DNA from: Octopus sinensis
Lineage: Eukaryota
Assembly: GCF_006345805.1 (NCBI RefSeq)
Contig: NC_043001.1
Span: 47,182,001 to 47,246,000 of the forward strand
Length of the DNA: 64,000 nucleotides
Direction of reading: 5' to 3'
In this document: piece by piece, positions 13,395 to 27,193 of the stretch
How positions within the stretch are numbered: position 1 is the first letter of the stretch
How the letters are laid out: the number at the start of each line of letters is the position of its first letter
The notes under the pieces: model-generated
What the model was told of the DNA's origin: nothing
Databases searched by the model: none
The model's input: only the letters and a program-made list of their open reading frames with translations
Position numbers and translations under genes: made by a program

Positions 13395-13679
13395 TATATA
13401 TATATACAAATTGATATAGGGGTTGTAAATGCAACCCTCCATGGGATATACATATACATATTATATATACATACACATACATATATGTATTATATATACA
13501 TACATATACATATGTCTGTATGAGTTAGAGGTTAAGAAACCATCTAAGGGTTATTAAAATCCAATATACTACTGGATGTGTACCTACATATTTTTAACCA
13601 AGTGCTTTCTATTGCATGGCAATATTGCATTTGAATACTATGTATGGGTGGGGGCAAATTGGAAATTTACCCAAGGTTT

Positions 13680-14329
13680 ATAAGGAAGGCAATGAGGAAG
13701 ACAGCAGAACCACCAGCAATGAGGATGAGAAAGATGATTTCTTCAGCAACATCACTCAATTCTGGGAGAGCAGGAGCCACAGGTCACTGAAATCCAAGGT
13801 GGAGAACTTGGTGAAGAACTGGCTAGAGGCTTTCTTGAAGGAGGTCCTGACTGAAGTTGCCTTTTTGGGTGAGCAGGTCTTGATCGACCTGTTCACCAAG
13901 TATAACACCGCCATACATCCAGTGCTGCAGTTGAGTGCCTATTCACTATAGGTAATGGTATTTTGAGGGCCAAGAGAGCCACCCTGTCAGATGGTAACTT
14001 TGAGCCGCTGATGTTTATGAAGGGCAAAAGGCCCAGCCAGAGTAGTACATCCTGATCATCATCTGATCTTGGCATGCTACACTTTTTTGAAAAGCTCTAT
14101 GTCTAAGCTACAACATGAAAGTGTCAGCCCTCTAGGTCGGTTTTTAAGGGTTTTTGAGCCAAAAATCCAAACCGAAGCTAAATTCATATGATAAAAGTTA
14201 GTGGTTATCAGTAAGTATTAGCTTCCACTAATCTTTTTACCTGTTTAGTGGTTTAGCGTTTGCAAAGCTAACTGTTTTAGTTAGCGGATTAGTGGTTAGC
14301 GAAGCTAACTTTTTGGTTGCCCACCACTG
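13680..14329 (+). mobile_element. hAT transposon 3' remnant (dimerisation-domain fragment, subterminal repeats, right TIR)
   Basis: With one frameshift reads LFTKYNTAI(P)SSAAVECLFTIGNGILRAKRATLSDGNFEPLMFMKG. TTAGC/GCTAA repeats. End is the reverse complement of CAGTGGTGGGCAACC. Confidence 0.8.
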
Positions 14330-14339
14330 TATATATGCA

Positions 14340-14730
14340 TATCTTTTACTTGTTTCCGTCATTTGACTGCGGCCATGCTGGGGCACTGCCTTGAAGGGTT
14401 TTAGTCAAGCAAATCAACCCCAGGACTTATTTTTTAAGCCTAGAACGTATTCCATTGGTCTCTTTTGCCAAACGTCTCAGTTATGGGGATGTAAACATAC
14501 CAACACCAATTGTCAAGTGGTGATGTGGGGGGGCAAACACAGACACAAAGACACACACCGACACACACACATACAATAGGCTTCTTTCAGTTTCTGCCTA
14601 CCAAATCCACTCACAAGGCTTTGGTTGGCCTGAGGTTATAGTAGAAGACACTTACCCAAGGTGCCATGCAGTAGGACTGAACCCAGAACCAAATGGTTGG
14701 GAAGCAAGCTTCTTACCACACAACCAGTTG
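14340..14730 (-). mobile_element. Family A SINE
   Basis: Reverse-complement match to 2247-2660. Confidence 0.8.
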
Positions 14731-14985
14731 TTTATATATTAGATAAAGAAGCACACTCTAAAAGCATTGGAGCGTAATAAATTTTTTTAGAAAGTTAAAA
14801 TTTTATGGCATTTGGTTTTGCACCTATAAAGTGATTAGCAGTATATGCAACTCGTTAGACTCAAATGGCTCAATTTGAGTCTGATGAGTCATCTATACTA
14901 CTCAACACTTTATTGCCGCAAAACCAATGGTTACTCTATGACTGGCCATAAATTTTAGCTTCCTAAAATATATATATACATATAT

Positions 14986-15235
14986 GTGGAGGCGCGTGGC
15001 TTAGTGGTTAGGGTGTCAGCATCATGATCGTAAGATTGTGGTTTCGATTCCTGGACCGGGTGACACGTTGTGTTCTTGAGCAAAACACTTCATTTCACAT
15101 TGCTCCAGTCCACTCAGCTGGCAAAAATGAGTAACGCTGCGATGGACTGGCGTCCCGTCCAGCTGGGGAACCCATACGCCATAGAAACCGGGAAACCAGG
15201 CCCATGAGCCTGGCTAGGCTTTAAAAGGGTGCATT
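14986..15235 (+). mobile_element. tRNA-headed SINE with CORE-like and V-domain-like segments
   Basis: Head GTGGAGGCGCGTGGCTTAGTGG...GTTTCGATTCC, then TTGTGTTCTTGAGCAAAACACTT and GCGATGGACTGGCGTCCCGTCCAG. Domain names are from memory and unverified. Confidence 0.7.
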
Positions 15236-15237
15236 TA

Positions 15238-15279
<42 letters not shown>

Positions 15280-16079
15280 ACATATACACCGACCCATACA
15301 TATACAAATGTGCATATATTTATGTATCTATGCATGTATGTATATAACTCAAAGCTGTGTATATATTATCTTTGAAGGTCATTGCTCATGGTAGTAAAAA
15401 CCTCATCCAATACATATCTAAAACTTCAAATCAATCCTAGAGCTCTTCTTTATCTCCTTCCTTCTCTAACACCCACTCTGTGCCCCCTCCCGCTTCCAGC
15501 TCTCATATCTCTTCTCTGTCTTCTTTGCTTAATCATTTTCATACCAGCGCACTGTAGTTATCTCTATATTTATCCTATTAATAGAAACTAGAAGATATGT
15601 TGAAGAAATGAATCACAGTTATTTTTAAGCAGCTTTCAGATTGTCCTAAAAATACATGTGAACATTTCTTAAAAAAATTTGGGCTCCTTTTCAAGAGTAG
15701 CACTATGATATGGCAGGAAGTTAGTCAGAATGCAACATATATAAGTAAATTCTTTTCCTTTCTATACCTTTTTCTCATCCTTCATCCATCCTCATCCACA
15801 ATGATCCTTGGGGGCCAATGATTAAGTAACTTGGTGGAATACCACATATGATGAGAAGTCTCTATGAAGCATTTCTGTAGCTGCCTGCCTGCTTGCCAAA
15901 TGAGTGACAGGTAAAACAGACTATATTTTATAAGATTAACAATTATGGATAAATAGTTTTACCCACTCATCACTATCTTTGAATATATTATTCTACATGA
16001 ATAGTCATAGCTTCCTAATCAACTTGTCACCCACAAGCATGAATATGCATATAGATTGCCACTGATGATAATATATATA

Positions 16080-16092
16080 TTATATAATGATG

Positions 16093-16127
<35 letters not shown>

Positions 16128-16207
16128 TAATATATATATATATATATATATTTATTTATTTATTTTATCTAGTTTCAGCTCACAAGCTGTGGCCATGCTG
16201 GGGCACC

Positions 16208-16251
<44 letters not shown>

Positions 16252-16275
16252 ATAATATATATATATATATATTAG

Positions 16276-16358
<83 letters not shown>

Positions 16359-16373
16359 ATATATATATATATA

Positions 16374-16430
<57 letters not shown>
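16080..16430. repeat. (AAT)n/(AT)n microsatellites with a SINE tail fragment
   Basis: Seen directly. Confidence 0.9.
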
Positions 16431-16433
<3 letters not shown>

Positions 16434-17124
16434 TGAAATACGTTTTTACCACTTGGATCACTTTCAAGGCCACTACATCCTGTCCGATTCACTCCAAAAT
16501 TTACAGGGACATGTAAAATGAGGTGACGATGCCCGTGGGCTACCTTAGAAATCCCTATCTTAAAAGGTGTCATTGCTAGGGGCCAAAAACCCACTTTGAC
16601 AAGTCCACTCCCGTTCTTTTACGTATATGTCTTCCTCACTCACTCACACTATTTCCTCCATTCCCCTCTAACTCCCCTTCAGTTCTTTTATGTATCTGTC
16701 TGCATTCATAGAGAGAATTATCATCGCCACAAACAACACACAATCATGAGAACAAATATTATGAATCAGATATTTATTGCGTTCATTTATATATGTGTGT
16801 GTGTGTGTGTGTGTTCGATATATAAATATGTATATATAATGTATATATACAAAGTGTATATATCTGTATTTATGTATATTAAACTTTTTAATACTTTTTG
16901 ATAGTTATATATATTTTTAAACAAATTATAAATATAATTTAATAATTTTTATTTTCAATTTAAATAATTTAAATTTTTCAATTTTATATTTTATATATTT
17001 TCTATATTATATTTTTATTTTTATGTTTTTGTTTTTGGTTTTTTACTGTTTCATTTGCCTATTAGTGGTTTTATCTCTAATTTAATTTATACATATATAT
17101 ATATAATTTGTATATATAATGCGT

Positions 17125-17180
<56 letters not shown>

Positions 17181-17980
17181 TATGTGGTCGGTCGGTTCAG
17201 CTGAAAATATGCACACCTATGTTAAAAGTGCTGGCAAGTTTGCATGACAACTATTTTTTTCCTCAAATGAAAGACGTGACCTCTAGGACAAAATTCCTCA
17301 TCTTATAAAATGTGGCCCCAGAAGACCCGAATGAAATCGGGTTATATTAACCAAAATGTGAAAAGGGGTCTAAATAGGGCTGGAAGGGGATTAAAATTTA
17401 AAGGAGCGAGTGTTTAGGAATTCTCTGTTACATCAAGCTAAAAAATTTGCGCCAGCCTTTTAATCGTCAATGTGTTGCGTCCATGATGAAGAAGTTTTCA
17501 ATGCTTGCCATGGTGAGTCTACTGTCGTGAGAAAGAATCACTTCAAAACTTGGTGTTTACAAATTTTCTTTTACATCAAGTTCAAAATTTTATGCCAGCC
17601 GTTAAATTGTCAATACGTTGCTGTCCGTCGTTAAGAAATGCCAGCCATGGTGACTCTACTATCCTCACATTCTATCCCTTCAAACTTTGGTTTCCAATAT
17701 TTTATTATTTTTATTCAGCTCGCAAGTTCGTCTGTCCCTTTTAATTGTTAGCGTTTTGCTGTCTGCCTTGAAGCAGACCTTTCCGTTGCCACTGCCTGAT
17801 ATTTATGATTGATCTTTCTAAATATTTTATTTCTCAACTTACTCAAGATCTTTTGTTGTTTATAAATGGGAGAGAGATAGATAAAGATAGAGAGTAAGAG
17901 AAAGCGAGGGAGAGTCCGAGAGAAAAGAAAATTAAGAGAGTGGGAAAGTGAGAGAGAAAGGAGAGAGAAACAAAGAGGGA

Positions 17981-18300
17981 GAATCATCATCATCATCATC
18001 ATCATCGTTTAACGTCTGTTTTCCGTGCTAGCACAGGTTGGACAGTTTGACCGGGGTCTGGGAAGCCAGGAGGCTGTACCAGGCTCCAGTCTGATCTGGC
18101 AGTGTTTCTATAGGTGGATGCCCTTCCTAACGCCAACCACTCTGTGAGCGTAGTGGGTGCTTTTTTCGTGCCGCCAGCACAGGTGCCAGGGGGGCTGGCA
18201 GCAGCTACAATCGGTTGGTGCTTTTTACGTGCCACCGGCACAGAAGCCAGTCAAGGCGGTGCTGCAATCGGCCACGTTCGGATGGTGCTTTTTACGGTGC
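17981..18300 (-). mobile_element. Family D retroposon 3' part with (GAT)n tail
   Basis: Homologous to 11985-12640. Confidence 0.65.
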
Positions 18301-18366
18301 TGAAAGGAAGCAACAGAAAGTAACAACCACACTCTTACCTGCGCGTAGAGCGGTCACCTTCAGCTA

Positions 18367-18428
<62 letters not shown>

Positions 18429-18714
18429 ATATATATATGGACCTCTTTCTGTCAAGTGTCCCAGATGAACCAAATTTGCGGAAGGAGGTACAGATGAGGG
18501 CAGCTGCATCAAACTCTCTCATGCACCAAATGTCAATTCCTAAAAAGCATTTGTGAAGTAAAATTACATAACAACACCAAATGGCAGTGCCCCGGCATGG
18601 CCACAGCTCATAAGCTGAAACTAGATAAAATAAAAATAAAATAAAAATAAAAAATGTATATATATATGTATATATGATGGACTCTCTCGTCGGTTTTGAT
18701 GTATGAGGCTCTGA

Positions 18715-19072
18715 CAACATACTCGTTCCTTGTCAGTCATAATGCTTATGTCGAATGCTACATTTAAGTCCCACCAATGATTTGCAAGGAAGGCCACAGA
18801 TGTTGCAAGTTTGAGGATTACAGGTCAGTGTAGGTGGTATATTTGCAGCCCCTTTTCTCCTTTGCCTTGCACCCCAAAGCTTCTTAATGCTGGCTGCATC
18901 AAAGTTTTTATTACCATTTTGATACAACAATCTCCATTCTGTTCGTACCAAGGCTGTTCGCCCAAAGGTGTTGTGAGCTATTTTCATCTCCAAGAGCGTA
19001 CTCTTCAGCTTGTCCTTATATCTGAGCCATGGTCAACCAACGTTCCTGTGCCCACTCTCAAGCTGACTGTAC
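18715..19072 (-). mobile_element. RTE-like LINE 3' fragment
   Basis: Minus strand GHRNVG*PWLRYKDKLK...ALVRTEWR...RQRRKG...CNICGLPCKSLVGLK resembles an RTE C-terminus with terminal zinc finger. Confidence 0.7.
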
Positions 19073-19089
19073 GAATATATATATATCTC

Positions 19090-19340
19090 TTTTTTTACTC
19101 TTTTATTTGTTTCAGTCATTTGACTGTGGCCATGCTGGAGCACCACCTTTAGTCGAGCAAATCGACCCCAGGACTTATTCTTCGTAAGCCTAGTAATTAC
19201 TCTATTGGTCTCTTTTGCCAAACTGCTAGTGACGGGGACGTAAACACACCAGCATCGGTTGTCAAGCAATGTTGGAGGTACAAAACACAGACACACAAAA
19301 ATACACATATTACACCACAACAACACACACACACACCACC

Positions 19341-19386
<46 letters not shown>

Positions 19387-19545
19387 TACGACGGGCATCT
19401 TTCAGTTTCCGTCTACCAAATCCAGTCACAAGGCTTTGGTCAGCCCGATGCTATAGTAGAAGACACTTGTCCAAGGTGCCACACAGTGGGACTGAACCTG
19501 GAACCATGTGGTTGGTAAGCAAGCTACTTGCCACGCAGCCACTCC
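19090..19545 (-). mobile_element. Family A SINE
   Basis: Reverse-complement match to 2247-2660. Confidence 0.8.
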
Positions 19546-20029
19546 TTCACACACACACATATATATAATAATATATATATAGATTTGCCACTGATAATAA
19601 CAATAATAGCATCTTTATGAGTATCCATTTGAATATTCTCATGGCATCCTGCCACAGTATAGTTTGTTCTAACAGAACATTTGCATTCAGGTGGGGATAA
19701 ATATCTCTCAGTATCAATACTGCCTCTGTTGCTAATATATATATTTTTAACAAGCCAGCAGGTTAATCCTGACACCAGCACCTGGTGGGGAGATGAATCT
19801 CTGCAGCCTTTAGTGGTCGAGTGTCCATCAGTGACAAGACCAAACAAAATCAAAATCATGTGATCTGGTGGTCTTAGCACCGGAGTACTATCTCCGTGGT
19901 GCCAGCATAGGTGATTTTAACATGGTGCTCGTATGGCTGCTTCTCATGTGGTGCTGGCATGTGGGCTCTTTATGCAGTGCTGGCATGTGTGCTTTTTTTT
20001 ACGTGACACCAGCACAGAAATTTTTGGAA

Positions 20030-20520
20030 AGAATGGGATGGTAGGTAAGTTTGTGAGAGTATGACAAGAGAGAGACAGATGGTTATAGGTGACTGCAATG
20101 AATGGTGAACAGGATTGGAGGTGTGGGCAATGGTGAGTACCAATTCGGGGTGGAAGGTGAAGGAAACAGGAGTGGGACAGGGAAGAGAAGTTGATAAGCG
20201 ACAATACAAAAGAAAAAAGGCAGTGGAGAGTAACAGTACAAAACTATTGATAGATGAGAAATAGGGATCTGTGAAGTGTGGGACAGGAGAGAGAGGGATA
20301 GACAGGGACAGAGATGGAGATCAGAGGATCATAGGGGTGGAAATTGCAAGTGATGAAGAGAGTGGGTGGGGAGGGAATCATTGAAGGCAGGTAAAAGAGG
20401 TTGTTCAAAGCTATAAGGTATAAGGCATTTGGAGGAAAGTAAAGAGGTAAGAATGTGGGATAGGTGATACAGGCAGTGATCCCAAGGGGAGGGATAAATG
20501 GTATCACAAAAGGGGAACGG
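20030..20520 (-). mobile_element. Possible highly decayed Penelope-like remnant
   Basis: Minus-strand peptide LVLTIAHTSNPVHH resembles the Penelope IPLVLTYHP region; weak match. Confidence 0.3.
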
Positions 20521-20811
20521 TATGGAGTATGTGCAGTTTTATCTCATATAATTACAGCAATTGGGTAAGTAGCAATGTATTAAAAAAAAAAAAGAAGGGA
20601 TGTGTGTGAGGAAAATGAGTTGTTGGAGAAGAAGGCTTGATAGGGATAGATTGGGTTTGGGGAAAAAGACATAAATAATATACTTTTAGGACCTAATTTT
20701 AATTTTTGCTGAGATAGCCATGACCAGGTCTTCTTGAGCACAGTATATTATCAATCATATCAGACCTTTGTCAACCCCTCCTTGAGGTTCAACATCCTGA
20801 GGTTGGTCTTC

Positions 20812-20894
<83 letters not shown>

Positions 20895-20924
20895 ATGTGT
20901 ACGTAAATGTGTGTGTAATTATAT

Positions 20925-21305
20925 CTTTTACTTGTTTCATTTATTTGACTGTGGCCATGCTGGGGCACTGCCTTGAAGAATTTTTAGTCAAATGAATCAA
21001 TCCTAGTACTTATTTTTTTTCAAGTCTGGTACTTATTCTATCAGTCTCTTTTGCTGAACTGCTAAGTTATGGGGATGTAAACACAACAATAGGGGCGGGG
21101 GACAAACACACAAAAACACATGCACACACACAAACACACACACATGCACACACATGTATGCAATGAGTTTCTTTCAGTTTCCGTCTACCAAATCCATTCA
21201 CAAGGCTTTGGCTAGTCCAAGGCTATAGTTGAAATTACTTGTCCAAGGTACCATGCAATGAACTCAGGACCATGTGGCTGGGAAGCAAACTTCTAACCAT
21301 ACAGC
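20925..21305 (-). mobile_element. Family A SINE; its head plus flank is re-duplicated at about 21490-21740
   Basis: Reverse-complement match; shared flank ACAGCCAGATCT...TTATTGTTTTTGTAGCTTTC. Confidence 0.75.
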
Positions 21306-23226
21306 CAGATCTAATCCCAAAATGGTAGATCATCATTAGATATCTTGTAATAGAAATGATATTTTACTTCTTTTAATTCTATAGGACATTATTGTTTTTT
21401 GTAGCTTTCACTTTAAAATCTGTGTCTACACACACACACTCACGCATGTATGCACATATGCGTGCACACACACACACACACACATGACAGGCTTCTTTTA
21501 GTTTCAATCTACAAAATCCATTAACAAGGCTTTGGTTGTCCTGAAACTATAGTTGAAGACACTTGCCCAAGGTACCATGCAGTGGGATTGAACCTGGAAC
21601 CATGTGGTTGGGAAGCAAGCTTTTTACCACACAGCCAGATCTGATCCCATCTGGTAATAGAAAAAACTTCGATTAATTCTACCGAATATTATTGTTTTTG
21701 TAGCTTTCCCTTTAAAATTTGTATCTACACATACATACACATAACATAGAACAATATATTGTAAACCACGACCTCATTTCCTACTTCAAACCATGATGAA
21801 CCCTGTTATGTAATCATCACAACAAACATGAACAATCAACGTTGCCCATTGTCTCCCTTGATACAAGGACATTCAGTAAGTTTCCCGCCACAACAAATAC
21901 CTTGTACAACAACGGCAGTCTAATAAAGTATCTCGTATCGTTAACACGTTTTTTCAGTCTCTCTCATTTTCTTAATCTTTCATACTAAGTACTCACTACT
22001 TCCTTTAATACTCAATACGTTATATATATATAACAACAACAAACCCAACTAACACAAATGCTAGGCTTAGCTGGATTCTGTTACAGTACCATGTCTTTGG
22101 TTCTGGATCCTCAGCTATGGCTCTAAATAGCATCACTTTCTTGTGGAACAAAGGCTAGAGAATGATAACCATATTAAAAATCTTGAGTGGAATCACTAAA
22201 GTCGTCATATGCACAACTGAAAACTCTTTGAGTAATTCCTGCAGTGAAACTGGTGTCACTTATGCTACTCTGAATGACTGACCCACACCAGCAAGGTCTT
22301 TGGAGTGGGGGACAATGCACATTTTCATCACTCTGAGAGGTGGCATTTGCACACATACACACAGACAGACAGACAGACACAGACAGACAGACAGACACAG
22401 ACAGACAGACTGACAGACAGACTGACAGACAGACTGACAGACAGACACACAGACAGACACACACACACACACACACACACACGTACGCGGGGGGCATATA
22501 TGGAAAATGTTGTTTTTTAGGCTCCAGGTCGGCTCTGATAGAACAGACCTTAACAAGAAAAGGCTTTCTTTCTCATTTTGTATTAGCCATGGATTACATT
22601 ATTCTCTGTATCCATTTCTCTTTTCTTTTCTTCTTTTTGTTTGTTTGGCTGGGTGAGTGGAGTAAGACAGCCAGCTGTAATTGGAGATTTCACAGCCATT
22701 TCTGACAGGTTATATAAATCAAGCAGAGGAACTCTATGTGGTCGCTCGTCCTGCTAATAATAGCAACAACTAGATCTCCATCAAATCGCACACAACTGCC
22801 TTAGAAAAAGAATGATGCATTAAATTGCGTAGTCTTACAAACATTATTCCTTACCAATGAAAAATACGAGTTGGTTACGGTTTGAACCTTTTAAATCACA
22901 GGTTCTCTCAAACAAAGCTGACTTGGAGCTATTAATATGAACTGCAGTGTTTGAAATATTAAATGAGCATTCGTTACTTAGGATGAGACTTTCTAATTTA
23001 AGATTTCAAAACAAGACTTCTTACTATGCGCAAGTGAAACTAATGATATATAAAATTCAGAATGCCTCATAAAAATGATTTATTGAATAAAAAATATAGC
23101 ATGAAAACATCGTTTACAATTGACTTTTGTGATAATCCCAATGTGAAATAGGAATTAGTATTCATTACTTTGTATTAATAAACATACATCTCAATATCAA
23201 TGTCCCTATTGAATCTATTATCGTTA

Positions 23227-23566
23227 GGCGCAAGAGTAGCTGTGTGGTAAGTAGCTTGCTTACCAACCACATGGTTCCGGGTTTATTCCCACTGTGTGGC
23301 ACCTTGGGCAAGTGTCTTCTACTATAGCCTTGTGAGTGGATTTGGTAGACGGAAACTGAAAGAACCCATCGTATATATGTATATATACACCAGCATCGCT
23401 TGACAACCGATGGTGGTGTGTTTACGTCCCCGTAACTTAGCGGTTCGGCAAGAGAGACCGATAGAATAAGTACTAGACTTCCAAAGAATAAATCTTGGGG
23501 TCGATTTGCTCGACTAAAGGCGGTGCTCCAGCATGGCCGCAGTCAAATGACTGAAACAAGTAAAAA
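23227..23566 (+). mobile_element. Family A SINE
   Basis: Match to 2247-2660. Confidence 0.85.
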
Positions 23567-23603
23567 GTCATTGAGCAAATTAGTTGTCCTTATTATTTAA
23601 AAC

Positions 23604-23651
23604 TGACGGCGAGCAATATTAGAATCTAGATTCTAATATTGCTCGCCGTCA
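23604..23651. repeat. Perfect 48-bp palindrome (24-bp arms, no spacer)
   Basis: TGACGGCGAGCAATATTAGAATCT|AGATTCTAATATTGCTCGCCGTCA. Confidence 0.95.
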
Positions 23652-24036
23652 AGCGTTAGTATTACACATACACACAATGTGAAACAGGGAAGTAACTCTT
23701 TTGGTTACTTCACTTCAAGTGATTAAAAATAGAGGTTTTATTAATGTTTGTTCATATATAAATGGTAATAAAGAAAACAAAACACCTTCTCTAATTAATA
23801 AAGTCTGTGCCTTACGTCTCTATGCGAAGATACATTATTCTTGGCTTATTAAGGTTAACATGATAGGCGCTTAATTTGAAACCGCTTTTATCTTAAATTT
23901 GAGTTATTTCCCTTTAATACTGTATTATACATGGTATCTCCCGTTAGCTTGAAATTAATCATAAAATCGTATATTTAAGAGTACCACACACATACACCAC
24001 ACACACACACACGCGCGCGCGCGCATATACACACAC

Positions 24037-24126
<90 letters not shown>

Positions 24127-24943
24127 GTGTATACATACATATATTTGTGTGTGTCTGTCAAGGACAATAGATATTCTGGAACAAAATAATGACTGCATCT
24201 CAAAAATATATTCGCATTAACAATAAAATCTTTATTGACAAATATGGAATATCTAGATATGATTTCTCATACTATAATATTAATTTCTAACTATGGGTGT
24301 CGTACAAATATCAGTCTTATTTCTTGTCTTTCATATATACATACGCACACGCGTTCAAAGTCTCACAAGGACACACATACACATAAATTTACACACATAT
24401 ACACAAACTCAGACTCATACAACAAACTCTCTCTCTCTCACACACATATATATACATACACACATACACACACACATACAGACAAAATCCCACACACAAA
24501 CACTCAATCATACATGAAAACACATTCTGCCATACAGGGTTATGGAAACAGACGATTGCGACTTACGATATGTCGGTAATGGATGTTTCCGATTGGATAA
24601 AATTTTATAATTTTAGGAGCTTGTAACTTTTTTATTATTAATTTCTAAAGAAAATGAATGTGATCTTCGTAATTAGCATTCAAAACTGCATCAGTGTAGA
24701 AAATTAAAAAAAAATTTTGTCTTGTAAAGAATTAAAAAAAAACCCCAGACCCTGTATATTTGTTTACACACATATATATTATAATATTAATTTCTAACTA
24801 TGGGTGTCAAATAAATATCAGTTTTATTTCTTGTCTCTCATATATACATACATACGTGCGTGCAAACTCGCACAGGGACATCACATAAACTTACACACAT
24901 ACACTCACACTCAGACTCATACAACAAACTCTCACTCTCTCAC

Positions 24944-24979
<36 letters not shown>

Positions 24980-24994
24980 ACACACACACATATA

Positions 24995-25218
24995 GTAGTT
25001 TTGAGATATCTTTAGGGTCCTTGATTGCTGGTGATACATTTGTGTCATCAGTGTAGTTGGTAAGAGCAGCTGACTATATGAATGAGAGCAGCTCCGACAG
25101 AGAATCCGAAGAGCAGTGGTTCCAGTACACTTTCCCGAAAGGCTCCGCTTAGTTTTGATTCTTCTTCTTCTTCTTCTTCTTCTTCTTCTTCTTCTTCTTC
25201 TTCTTCTTCTTCTTCTTC

Positions 25219-25249
<31 letters not shown>

Positions 25250-25420
25250 AGATGAAAGATAGATAGATAGATAGATAGAGAGGGAGAGAGAGAAAGATAG
25301 ATAGAGAGAGAGAGAATGAGAGATAGGGAGAGAGAGAGAGAAAGATATATAATATATAATATATATATATATAATATATATATGAGGGGAGGAGAGAGAG
25401 AGAGAGAGAGAGAGATGAGA

Positions 25421-25476
<56 letters not shown>

Positions 25477-26030
25477 TATCATTGACTGTGACTACTGGAC
25501 TCCTAGGTTTTAAATAGCCAAGCGGCCATTCTTTCAGTTTACCAACGATATCAAGGTCACGCAGTTTGTAAGATTTCATCCTGTGATCGACTTTGTCGAA
25601 GGCCTTGGCAAAATCGAAATACATCACATTCACATTTGAACAACTGACCTGTTGTTTCAGTACCCAGTCATAATGTAATGAAGGCTGTGTGAGACAGCCA
25701 TGCTGCGTGTTAATGAACAAGTAATTTTTTTTTTAGTAGGAACATGATTAACTTCCTTCTAACAATGCATTCCATGATTTTGCTGGCTTGTGATGCTTGA
25801 TAGAAAGGTCTGTAATTCTTAGCATCTGCTCGTCTCCCTTCTTTGTTGATAGAGCATATGATACTTTCTTTTAACAATTTGGGAAATGTACCATTTGGGA
25901 AGAAACTCTGGAAAAGTATCTGCAGTGGTTTTGCGACACTTTTTTCGCATGACTTTAACAAAAAAAGCAACTGCAAAATCATCTGCGGAGTTTGAATCCA
26001 TCTCACCAATAGCCGATATTGTCCAAGATA
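24995..26030 (-). mobile_element. CR1/L2-group LINE reverse-transcriptase fragment, split by a composite microsatellite
   Basis: GTFPKLLKESII..KEG.RADAKNYRP, QHG, YFDFAKAFDKVDH, SG(AF)RESVLEPLLF and YTDDT (25041-25055). Confidence 0.85.
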
Positions 26031-26530
26031 CCACGAAGTTGGAGTGAAACCAGAACCCTGTGCTGGGAAGCAAATTTTTTACCACACAACAACCGCACCT
26101 GTTTCTGTAGTATATATAAAATATCATTCTTCTTTCTTTGCTATGGTGTTGAGCAAGTTTAAACAAATTTCAATCTCTCTTAATTTTATTAATCATGGCA
26201 ATTTATAAATAGAATCATTAGCATACCGGGTAAAAATGCATTGAAGCATTTCTGCCTGCTTTACGTTCTGAGTTCGAATTCAGCCGAAGTTGACTTTGCA
26301 TTTTATGGGGATCGATGTAATCGATTATCTTCAAAATTTCAGGCCTTGTGCCTATAGTAGAAAATATCATAATAATTCCTCCACCTCCTTTATAATCCTC
26401 ACAACTTCAGCCACTGATGAGAAACATCGCGCCATATTTCGCATGTAAAACCCACAGTACATGTAAATTACTTGACTAAAATTGATTTTATTGAAGTTGT
26501 CTATCTTACTTGATATTTTAGACTTTAAAC

Positions 26531-26926
26531 TCGTGGTTCTCAATCTTTTTAATATCCGAACCAGATTAAAAACCTGGGCAGCACACAAAAAAAGTCGATT
26601 TAGTTAAATCTGCTCAGAGTTAACTCTCTTCGGCATTTCTCATTGATAATGTTTAAAGAGCTAGAAACGCTGTCTGGAAATCCAACAGTGAGTAACACTG
26701 GGCAGACAAGCTGTTTTTACACCTTTTACTACAAGATACAATTTTTTCTCTATAGTTATCGCCATGAACTTGCCTTCAGAAGTCGAAATATATCACAAAT
26801 ATATTTTAATAAACCTAATGTTAAAAAAAATATTATTATATTTATAGAGGGAAGGCCGTCGGGGGGCTGCCGGAAGGATGCTTGAGGGCTGTACGCGACT
26901 GAGAGAACCGCACTTGAGAACCGCTG
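26531..26926. mobile_element. hAT (Charlie-type) MITE
   Basis: Termini TCGTGGTTCTCAA / TTGAGAACCGCTG; perfect 8-bp TSD CTTTAAAC (26523-26530/26927-26934) fitting NTNTANAN. Confidence 0.85.
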
Positions 26927-27193
26927 CTTTAAACACTACGTGGGAGTTTTTGTCCGGTAATTGCATGGATAATATGAATTAACCAAAGTTCGTTTTCAAC
27001 TTATTGCATTACATATATGAGAAGATACAGTATTCTATAAGGTTGTCTCACATGAAATGTATTTTAAACGGGTTTCTTATGAGTCATCTATAAATGGATT
27101 TTTAATGAGTTTCTATGTATATGCTTGTGTTTACTCTTAACTCTTTTTCTTTCTAGATAATACTATTATTCAAAATTGCTACCCACAGCTCTT

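Noticed and set aside
18440-18560. Minus-strand peptide FRKFGSSGTLDRKRS resembling a Tc1-like transposase N-terminus
   Set aside because: Too short, with no TIR or further motif.
22085-22325. Higher-complexity island that could be an exon or transposase fragment
   Set aside because: Frames contain stops and no recognisable motif.
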